Assembly: GCA_964016885.1 (NCBI GenBank)
Contig: OZ024744.1
Location: 126,046,001-126,110,000 of the forward strand
DNA length: 64,000 nucleotides
DNA from: Eledone cirrhosa
Lineage: Eukaryota
Reading direction: 5' to 3'
The position numbers and the translations under genes are program-made. The notes below the pieces were generated by a model, which worked only from the letters and a program-made list of their open reading frames with translations, did not search any database and had not been told where the DNA came from. This document shows, one piece after another, positions 1 to 9,198 of the stretch. Each line of letters begins with the position of its first letter. Position 1 is the stretch's first letter.

Positions 1-485
1 TCGATTGCGCTTCCGTCGCGGAAAAAGAATTGCCTTTATAGGCCGCCGCCGCCGCCCGACCGGACCCACGATAGAAGACGTTCGTTACCGCTGGAGCAAC
101 GCAAATTACTCCTCGGTTGACGCCAAAAACGAACGCCTTCTCGACGGCTAGCCGCATTTCGTGATCCGCCTTTCGATTGCGCTTCCGTCGCGGAAAAAGA
201 ATTGCCTTTATAGGCCGCCGCCGCCGCCCGACCGGACCCACGATAGAAGACGTTCGTTACCGCTGGAGCAACGCAAATTACTCCTCGGTTGACGCCAAAA
301 ACGAACGCCTTCTCGACGGCTAGCCGCATTTCGTGATCCGCCTTTCGATTGCGCTTCCGTCGCGGAAAAAGAATTGCCTTTATAGGCCGCCGCCGCCGCC
401 CGACCGGACCCACGATAGAAGACGTTCGTTACCGCTGGAGCAACGCAAATTACTCCTCGGTTGACGCCAAAAACGAACGCCTTCC
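1..485 (+). repeat. 172-bp GC-rich tandem repeat upstream of the 18S start (rDNA spacer/ETS-like subrepeat), copy 1, cut by window edge
   Basis: CCCACGATAGAAGACGTTCGTTACCGCTGG recurs at ~65, 237 and 409. Confidence 0.9.
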
Positions 486-841
486 GGTTCGGGCGACGTA
501 AAAGTCTGTAGCCTTTTCGCCGATCCTCGACGATTATCCGCCTTCCGAACAACCGCCTTTCCGCCGTCACAGCAGTAGGTACTCGTCCGTCGTAATAGCC
601 GTCATTTTAATGCAGGAGAAACGCCTAAATGCACTGCGATTGACGACGATCTACGACGCGCTTACTCTTCCTTGCTGCGACGAAGGTTTCGTTCGGCTTT
701 TCGTCGTGGACCCGGTCAGGTCATGCCGCTGATCTCGCGTTGCGTCGTTACCGCTGGAGCAACGCAAATTACTCCTCGTTTAACGCCAACATCGAACGCG
801 CTTCGGTTCTCGGTCGTCGTTGTTTTGTTTCGTGCGGAAGA
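486..841 (+). other. 5' ETS-like leader
   Basis: CpG/CGT-rich sequence directly abutting the 18S 5' end. It holds one more partial copy of the 172-bp motif at ~745-800. The call is positional. Confidence 0.55.
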
Positions 842-1027
842 TACCTGGGTGATCCTGCCAGTAGTCATATGCTTGTCTCAAAGCTTAAGCCATGCAAGTG
901 GAAGTTCATGCCGTAAACGAAAATGGTGAAACCGCGAATGGCTCAGGAACCGGATCTAATCCTCGGGACCGTATTCCTCACCGCGAGGAGAGGATAACTG
1001 TGGCAATTCTAGAGCTAATACATGCAA
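842..1027 (+). pseudogene. 18S rRNA 5' fragment (truncated, mutated)
   Basis: TACCTGGgTGATCCTGCCAGTAGTCATATGCTTGTCTCAAAGcTTAAGCCATGC, GGTGAAACCGCGAATGGCTCA and GGATAACTGTGGCAATTCTAGAGCTAATACATGC match the eukaryotic 18S 5' end. Colinearity stops at ~1027. Confidence 0.95.
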
Positions 1028-4000
1028 TTGAGATCGGAGAGGGAGCGATCCGTCTGCTTGATTCCGATAACGAACGAGACATTCGTATCCGAAAGAACGT
1101 TTGTCTGGAAACTGGTGCAGTCAGTGAGTCGAAAAAAAAATATCTCGGTGGTAGTAGCAAATATTCGAACGAGACATTCGTATGCGAAAGAACGTTTGTC
1201 TGGAAGTGGCGATCCATGCCCGGTGGATAGTTGGTTCCGGGTTTTACTATGATTGTTGCAAAACAGAAACTTAAAGGGATTGACAGAATTTGCGATTCCG
1301 GAGAGGGGGCGATCCGTCTGCTTGATTCCGATAACGAACGAGACATTCGTATCCGAAAGAACGTTTGTCTGGAAACTGGTGAGTCAGTGAGTCGAAAAAA
1401 AAAATATCTCGGTGGTAGTAGCAAATATTCGAACGAGACATTCGTATGCGAAAGAACGTTTGTCGGTGGTAGTAGCAAATATTCGAACGAGACATTCGTA
1501 TGCGAAAGAACGTTTGTCTGGAAGTGGCGATCCATGCCCGGTGGATAGTTGGTTCCGGGTTTTACTATGATTGTTGCAAAACAGAAACTTAAAGGGATTG
1601 ACAGAATTTGCGATTCCGGAGAGAGGGCGATCCGTCTGCTTGATTCCGATAACGAACGAGACATTCGTATCCGAAAGAACGTTTGTCTGGAAACTGGTGA
1701 GTCAGTGAGTCGAAAAAAAAATATCTCGGTGGTAGTAGCAAATATTCGTATGCGAAAGAAAAGATCTCGGTGGTAGTAGCAAATATTCGAACGAGACATT
1801 CGTAGGCGAAAGAAAAATATCTCGGTGGTAGTAGCAAATATTCGAACGAGACATTCGTATGCGAAAGAACGTTTGTCGGTGGTAGTAGCAAATATTCGAA
1901 CGAGACATTCGTATGCGAAAGAACGTTTGTCGGTGGTAGTAGCAAATATTCGAACGAGACATTCGTATGCGAAAGAACGTTTGTCTGGAAGTGGCGATCC
2001 ATGCTCGGTGGATAGTTGGTTCCGGGTTTTACTATGATTGTTGCAAAACAGAAACTTAAAGGGATTGACAGAATTTGCGATTCCGGAGAGGGGGCGATCC
2101 GTCTGCTTGATTCCGATAACGAACGAGACATTCGTATCCGAAAGAACGTTTGTCTGGAAACTGGTGAGTCAGTGAGTCGAAAAAAAAATATCTCGGTGGT
2201 AGTAGCAAATATTCGAACGAGACATTCGTATGCGAAAGAACGTTTGTCGGTGGTAGTAGCAAATATTCGAACGAGACATTCGTATGCGAAAGAACGTTTG
2301 TCTGGAAGTGGCGATCCATGCCCGGTGGATAGTTGGTTCCGGGTTTTACTATGATTGTTGCAAAACAGAAACTTAAAGGGATTGACAGAATTTGCGATTC
2401 CGGAGAGGGGGCGATCCGTCTGCTTGATTCCGATAACGAACGAGACATTCGTATCCGAAAGAACGTTTGTCTGGAAACTGGTGAGTCAGTGAGTCGAAAA
2501 AAAAATATCTCGGTGGTAGTAGCAAATATTCGAACGAGACATTTGTATGCGAAAGAACGTTTGTCGGTGGTAGTAGCAAATATTCGAACGAGACATTCGT
2601 ATGCGAAAGAACGTTTGTCTGGAAGTGGCGATCCATGCCCGGTGGATAGTTGGTTCCGGGTTTTACTATGATTGTTGCAAAACAAAAACTTAAAGGGATT
2701 GACAGAATTTGCGATTCCGGAGAGAGGGCGATCCGTCTGCTTGATTCCGATAACGAACGAGACATTCGTATCCGAAAGAACGTTTGTCTGGAAACTGGTG
2801 AGTCAGTGAGTCGAAAAAAAAAATATCTCGGTGGTAGTAGCAAATATTCGAACGAGACATTCGTATGCGAAAGAACGTTTGTCGGTGGTAGTAGCAAATA
2901 TTCGAACGAGACATTCGTATGCGAAAGAACGTTTGTCTGGAAGTGGCGATCCATGCTCGGTGGATAGTTGGTTCCGGGTTTTACTATGATTGTTGCAAAA
3001 CAGAAACTTAAAGGGATTGACAGAATTTGCGATTCCGGAGAGGGGGCGATCCGTCTGCTTGATTCCGATAACGAACGAGACATTCGTATCCGAAAGAACG
3101 TTTGTCTGGAAACTGGTGAGTCAGTGAGTCGAAAAAAAAATATCTCGGTGGTAGTAGCAAATATTCGAACGAGACATTCGTATGCGAAAGAACGTTTGTC
3201 GGTGGTAGTAGCAAATATTCGAACGAGACATTCGTATGCGAAAGAACGTTTGTCTGGAAGTGGCGATCCATGCCCGGTGGATAGTTGGTTCCGGGTTTTA
3301 CTATGATTGTTGCAAAACAGAAACTTAAAGGGATTGACAGAATTTGCGATTCCGGAGAGGGGGCGATCCGTCTGCTTGATTCCGATAACGAACGAGACAT
3401 TCGTATCCGAAAGAACGTTTGTCTGGAAACTGGTGAGTCGAAAAAAAAATATCTCGGTGGTAGTAGCAAATATTCGTATGCGAAAGAAAAGATCTCGGTG
3501 GTAGTAGCAAATATTCGAACGAGACATTCGTAGGCGAAAGAAAAATATCTCGGTGGTAGTAGCAAATATTCGAACGAGACATTCGTATGCGAAAGAACGT
3601 TTGTCGGTGGTAGTAGCAAATATTCGAACGAGACATTCGTATGCGAAAGAACGTTTGTCGGTGGTAGTAGCAAATATTCGAACGAGACATTCGTATGCGA
3701 AAGAACGTTTGTCTGGAAGTGGCGATCCATGCCCGGTGGATAGTTGGTTCCGGGTTTTACTATGATTGTTGCAAAACAGAAACTTAAAGGGATTGACAGA
3801 ATTTGCCATTCCGGAGAGGGGGCGATCCGTCTGCTTGATTCCGATAACGAACGAGACATTCGTATCCGAAAGAACGTTTGTCTGGAAACTGGTGAGTCAG
3901 TGAGTCGAAAAAAAAATATCTCGGTGGTAGTAGCAAATATTCGAACGAGACATTCGTATTCGAAAGAACGTTTGTCTGGAAGTTGCGATCCATGCCCGGT

Positions 4001-7000
4001 GGATAGTTGGTTCCGGGCTTTACTATGATTGTTGCAAAACAGAAACTTAAAGGGATTGACAGAATTTGCGATTCCGGAGAGGGGGCGATCCGTCTGCTTG
4101 ATTTCGATAACGAACGAGACATTCGTATCCGAAAGAACGTTTGTCTGGAAACTGGTGAGTCAGTGAGTCGAAAAAAAAAATATCTCGGTGGTAGTAGCAA
4201 ATATTCGAACGAGACATTCGTATGCGAAAGAACGTTTGTCGGTGGTAGTAGCAAATATTCGAACGAGACATTCGTATGCGAAAGAACGTTTGTCGGTGGT
4301 AGTAGCAAATATTCGAACGAGACATTCGTATGCGAAAGAACGTTTGTCGGTGGTAGTAGCAAATATTCGAACGAGACATTCGTATGCGAAAGAACGTTTG
4401 TCTGGAAGTGGCGATCCATGCCCGGTGGATAGTTGGTTCCGGGTTTTACTATGATTGTTGCAAAACAGAAACTTAAAGGGATTGACAGAATTTGCGATTC
4501 CGGAGAGGGGGCGATCCGTCTGCTTGATTCCGATAACGAACGAGACATTCGTATCCGAAAGAACGTTTGTCTGGAAACTGGTGAGTCAGTGAGTCGAAAA
4601 AAAAATATCTCGGTGGTAGTAGCAAATATTCGAACGAGACATTCGTATGCGAAAGAACGTTTGTCTGGAAGTGGCGATCCATGCCCGGTGGATAGTTGGT
4701 TCCGGGTTTTACTATGATTGTTGCAAAACAGAAACTTAAAGGGATTGACAGAATTTGCGATTCCGGAGAGGGGGCGATCCGTCTGCTTGATTCCGATAAC
4801 GAACGAGACATTCGTATCCGAAAGAACGTTTGTCTGGAAACTGGTGAGTCAGTGAGTCGAAAAAAAAAATATCTCGGTGGTAGTAGCAAATATTCGAACG
4901 AGACATTCGTATGCGAAAGAAAAATATCTCGGTGGTAGTAGCAAATATTCGAACGAGACATTCGTATGCGAAAGAACGTTTGTCTGGAAGTGGCGATCCA
5001 TGCCCGGTGGATAGTTGGTTCCGGGTTTTACTATGATTGTTGCAAAACAGAAACTTAAAGGGATTGACAGAATTTGCGATTCCGGAGAGGGGGCGATCCG
5101 TCTGCTTGATTCCGATAACGAACGAGACATTCGTATCCGAAAGAACGTTTGTCTGGAAACTGGTGAGTCAGTGAGTCGAAAAAAAAATATCTCGGTGGTA
5201 GTAGCAAATATTCGTATGCGAAAGAAAAGATCTCGGTGGTAGTAGCAAATATTCGAACGAGACATTCGTAGGCGAAAGAAAAATATCTCGGTGGTAGTAG
5301 CAAATATTCGAACGAGACATTCGTATTCGAAAGAACGTTTGTCTGGAAGTTGCGATCCATGCCCGGTGGATAGTTGGTTCCGGGTTTTACTATGATTGTT
5401 GCAAAACAGAAACTTAAAGGGATTGACAGAATTTGCGATTCCGGAGAGGGGGCGATCCGTCTGCTTGATTCCGATAACGAACGAGACATTCGTATCCGAA
5501 AGAACGTTTGTCTGGAAACTGGTGAGTCAGTGAGTCGAAAAAAAAAATATCTCGGTGGTAGTAGCAAATATTCGAACGAGACATTCGTATGCGAAAGAAC
5601 GTTTGTCGGTGGTAGTAGCAAATATTCGAACGAGACATTCGTATGCGAAAGAACGTTTGTCGGTGGTAGTAGCAAATATTCGAACGAGACATTCGTATGC
5701 GAAAGAACGTTTGTCTGGAAGTGGCGATCCATGCCCGGTGGATAGTTGGTTCCGGGTTTTACTATGATTGTTGCAAAACAGAAACTTAAAGGGATTGACA
5801 GAATTTGCGATTCCGGAGAGAGGGCGATCCGTCTGCTTGATTCCGATAACGAACGAGACATTCGTATCCGAGAGAACGTTTGTCTGGAAACTGGTGAGTC
5901 AGTGAGTCGAAAAAAAAATATCTCGGTGGTAGTAGCAAATATTCGAACGAGACATTCGTATGCGAAAGAAAAATATCTCGGTGGTAGTAGCAAATATTCG
6001 AACGAGACATTCGTATGCGAAAGAACGTTTGTCTGGAAGTTGCGATCCATGCCCTGTGGATAGTTGGTTCCGGGTTTTACTATGATTGTTGCAAAACAGA
6101 AACTTAAAGGGATTGACAGAATTTGCGATTCCGGAGAGGGGGCGATCCGTCTGCTTGAATCCGATAACGAACGAGACATTCGTATCCGAAAGAACGTTTG
6201 TCTGGAAACTGGTGAGTCAGTGAGTCGAAAAAAAAATATCTCGGTGGTAGTAGCAAATATTCGTATGCGAAAGAAAAGATCTCGGTGGTAGTAGCAAATA
6301 TTCGAACGAGACATTCGTAGGCGAAAGAAAAATATCTCGGTGGTAGTAGCAAATATTCGAACGAGACATTCGTATGCGAAAGAACGTTTGTCTGGAAGTG
6401 GCGATCCATGCCCGGTGGATAGTTGGTTCCGGGTTTTACTATGATTGTTGCAAAACAGAAACTTAAAGGGATTGACAGAATTTGCGATTCCAGAGAGAGG
6501 GCGATCCGTCTGCTTGATTCCGATAACGAACGAGACATTCGTATCCGAAAGAACGTTTGTCTGGAAACTGGTGAGTCAGTGAGTCGAAAAAAAAATATCT
6601 CGGTGGTAGTAGCAAATATTCGAACGAGACATTCGTATGCGAAAGAACGTTTGTCTGGAAGTGGCGATCCATGCTCGGTGGATAGTTGGTTCCGGGTTTT
6701 ACTATGATTGTTGCAAAACAGAAACTTAAAGGGATTGACAGAATTTGCGATTCCGGAGAGGGGGCGATCCGTCTGCTTGATTCCGATAACGAACGAGACA
6801 TTCGTATCCGAAAGAACGTTTGTCTGGAAACTGGTGAGTCAGTGAGTCGAAAAAAAAAATATCTCGGTGGTAGTAGCAAATATTCGAACGAGACATTCGT
6901 ATGCGAAAGAACGTTTGTCGGTGGTAGTAGCAAATATTCGTATGCGAAAGAAAAGATCTCGGTGGTAGTAGCAAATATTCGAACGAGACATTCGTATGCG

Positions 7001-7160
7001 AAAGAAAAATATCTCGGTGGTAGTAGCAAATATTCGAACGAGACATTCGTATTCGAAAGAACGTTTGTCTGGAAGTTGCGATCCATGCCCGGTGGATAGT
7101 TGGTTCCGGGCTTTACTATGATTGTTGCAAAACAGAAACTTAAAGGAATTGACAGAATTT
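1028..7160 (+). repeat. rRNA-derived mosaic satellite, ~18 monomers of 263 bp plus variable 54/55/41-bp modules
   Basis: TTGGTTCCGGG anchor at 1231, 1549, 2016, 2333, 2650, 2968, 3285, 3744, 4007, 4433, 4696, 5015, 5374, 5746, 6064, 6423, 6686 and 7100. The monomer carries 18S motifs (GATTCCGGAGAGGG, GATAACGAACGAGAC, GAAACTTAAAGG.ATTGAC) and the 28S motif GGTGGTAGTAGCAAATATTC. Confidence 0.93.
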
Positions 7161-7540
7161 TCGAATCGACATCAACTCGGCTACGGCTATCCCGTCGAGT
7201 ACGAGAGTATCGCGGGATCAGAGCAACGGTTTGCTAGGCTGCCTCTGAGCGATAACGGCTGAACGCCTCCTCTAAGCCGGAACCCTAGCCGGACCCGAGT
7301 TGTTTTTCGACAAGCGTCTCGACCTTCTTAAGGCCCATGCCTTAGTTTGGCGACTGCCGTCCGTTCGCCGACGGCGGCAGCGTCAGCGGAAATGCCATTC
7401 TGTGACGACTACGACGATTCGTCGTCGTCGTCGTCCATTCGATTTCCTGAAAGAGATAGAGACTAAAGTGATCAAATTGTTCGGAGTTACGTGCTTAGTA
7501 GAGCAGCTACCACACTGCAATCTATTGAGAGTTTTCTGAC
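7161..7540 (+). pseudogene. 28S rRNA 3'-terminal remnant
   Basis: Sarcin-ricin-loop-like AGTACGAGAG at 7198-7207, GATAACGGCTGAACGCCTC..TCTAAG at 7251-7276 and GTGCTTAGTAGAGCAGCTACCACACTGCAATCTATTGAGA at 7491-7530, all in native 28S order. Confidence 0.85.
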
Positions 7541-7930
7541 GAACGATACAATCCGCCCACGTGGCGCCAGAAAGGGAGAAGAAAAGAAAAGTTAGACGCC
7601 GCCGATCGATCGGTTCGTTGTTTTACGTGTACACAGCTTGTGTGTGTGTCTGTATGTGATACAAGCCGCCTATCCGTCTTCCAAGTAAGTTTTGTGTGTA
7701 GACTGCGGAAAGAAATCCAATCCGCCGTCTAGGCGGTTCTGCCGCCGACCCATACTTTTGCGAGTCGCTCCCGGGAAAGACAGGCGGCAAGACGGCGTGT
7801 ATACACGACGCCTTCCGTCTTCCGCCTCGAACCCGGCAAACGTTCCTTTATTCGTCCACGCCTTCCCGCTTCGATCGCGAGAAAGTAATCAATCTGTTTT
7901 GTGTGTGTGTCTGTGTGTGATACAAATTTG
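7541..7930 (+). other. 3' ETS/IGS-like GC-rich trailer with a short direct repeat
   Basis: Follows the 28S end. TGTGTGTGTGTCTGTRTGTGATACAA occurs at ~7640 and ~7900. Confidence 0.4.
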
Positions 7931-8158
7931 TTTTCTTAATTTGATAACCATGAATTGTTTCAACACCGGCCCTTTTAAGGGCCACTTATATTTTCAATAA
8001 TCAGTTTAAATGGGTTGCACCGTAGCCACTTGGTAATACACTGCAAATCTCCCGTCAATCTATGAAGGTTTTGTAGTAGATTAGATCAAAACACAATCAG
8101 CAAGACAGTAATGGAATGAATAATATAAACATTTGTTTATAATTAAAGCCTTAAGATG

Positions 8159-8212
8159 TCCCTCCCTCCCTCCCTTCCTTCCTTCCTTCCTTCCTTCCTT
8201 CCTTCCTTCCTT
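8159..8212. repeat. (CCCT)n(CCTT)n microsatellite
   Basis: Direct reading. Same length at 53,099-53,152. Confidence 0.95.
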
Positions 8213-8282
8213 ACGATATACACTTTAATAACATTGAAACTTATTTAATAAGTTTAAATTTTAAACACTTTTTATTCAGACG

Positions 8283-8411
8283 TACCGCGAAAAGTAACTA
8301 GATATGTTCTAACGAATAATCCGCGATGTGGCGAGGATTACCGCGATAGGAAATTAGATACGTTCCAAAGAAATATCCGCGAAAAGTGAACCGCGATATA
8401 GCGGGTTCACC
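8283..8411. mobile_element. Possible pogo/Tigger-like DNA transposon end
   Basis: Repeated CCGCGA subterminal motifs ending in GTGAACCGCGATATAGCGGGTTCAC, which resembles Tigger-type TIRs. Confidence 0.35.
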
Positions 8412-8473
8412 AGCCAGTGTATTACTGGTACTTTATTTTATCGACCCCCATAAGGATGAAAGGCAAAGTTAAC
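8412..8473 (-). mobile_element. tRNA-derived SINE core fragment (Deu/Nin-like)
   Basis: Reverse complement reads GTTAACTTTGCCTTTCATCCTTATGGGGGTCGATAAAATAAAGTACCAGTAATACACTGG, matching the copy at ~32,090. Confidence 0.7.
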
Positions 8474-8569
8474 TGTGCAATAACAAAGGGAGATAACCTC
8501 GTCTTTTTTTTTTTACGGAGTTATTTCCCTTTAAATTTTATCTATTACTTATGATGATACAATTTAATC

Positions 8570-8700
8570 AGTTCTTAGCTGTCGAGACACTGCATCCTTT
8601 AAAACCTCCATGGAACAAGCTACCTGCAACAGTTGTTAGCTGTCGAGACACTGCATCTTTTAAAACCTCCATGGAACAAACTACCTGCATCAGTTGTTAG
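8570..8700. repeat. ~62-bp tandem duplication
   Basis: TTAGCTGTCGAGACACTGCATC.TTTAAAACCTCCATGGAACAA.CTACCTGCA occurs twice. Confidence 0.9.
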
Positions 8701-8702
8701 GG

Positions 8703-8759
8703 TTTGAGTTCAAATCACGCCGAGGAGGTTAACTTTGCCTTTCATCCTTACGGGGTCGG
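8703..8759 (+). mobile_element. tRNA-derived SINE fragment (same family)
   Basis: GAGTTCAAATC (B-box-like) followed by GGTTAACTTTGCCTTTCATCCTTACGGGGTCG. Confidence 0.7.
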
Positions 8760-8967
8760 TCGGAAAACGAACCATTCCCGGTTCGCTTTCGAAGCGGGTT
8801 TCCGAAAACAGCGCTTCTCTCGACCGGGCCCGTCGTCCGCTCGGCGGTGGTTTTCATCGTCCCAGGCACGGCTAACAGGCGGAGACGGGACAAACGCGCG
8901 TGTTCCTTTTTTTATCAGCCGCAGCGCCGTTCGTATATATGCTTAGGTTGTTTTTTTTTTAAATATC

Positions 8968-9198
8968 CTAAGTTAAGTTGGGGCTAAGTTAAGTTGGGGC
9001 TAAGTTAAGTTGAGGTTAAGTTGAGTTGGGGTTAAGTTAAGTGGGGGTTAAGTTAAGCTGGGGTTAAGTTAAGTTGAGGTTAAGTTAAGTTGGGGTTAAG
9101 TCAAGTTGGGGTTAAGTTAAGTTGGGGTTAAGTTAGGTTGGGGTTAAGTTAGGTTGGGGTTAAGTTAAGTTGGGGTTAAGTTAGGTTGCGGTTAAGTT
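8968..9198 (+). repeat. 15-bp G-rich tandem repeat (TTAAGTTAAGTTGGGG / TTAGG variants), telomere-like
   Basis: About 15 copies read directly. Confidence 0.9.

Noticed and set aside
1140-7070. CRISPR-like appearance of the 54-bp modules
   Set aside because: No unique spacers and no cas genes, in a eukaryotic context.
892-7099. Many overlapping ORFs up to 478 aa in the satellite (also 45,832-52,039)
   Set aside because: They are translations of tandem rRNA-derived repeats. Frames shift with poly-A length and there is no protein-like domain.
842-7540. Functional 18S/5.8S/28S genes
   Set aside because: Only termini and short scrambled pieces are present, and invariant positions are mutated.
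8412-8759. Inverted pair suggesting a TIR element
   Set aside because: Both arms are fragments of a SINE found elsewhere in the window, and no TSD is evident.
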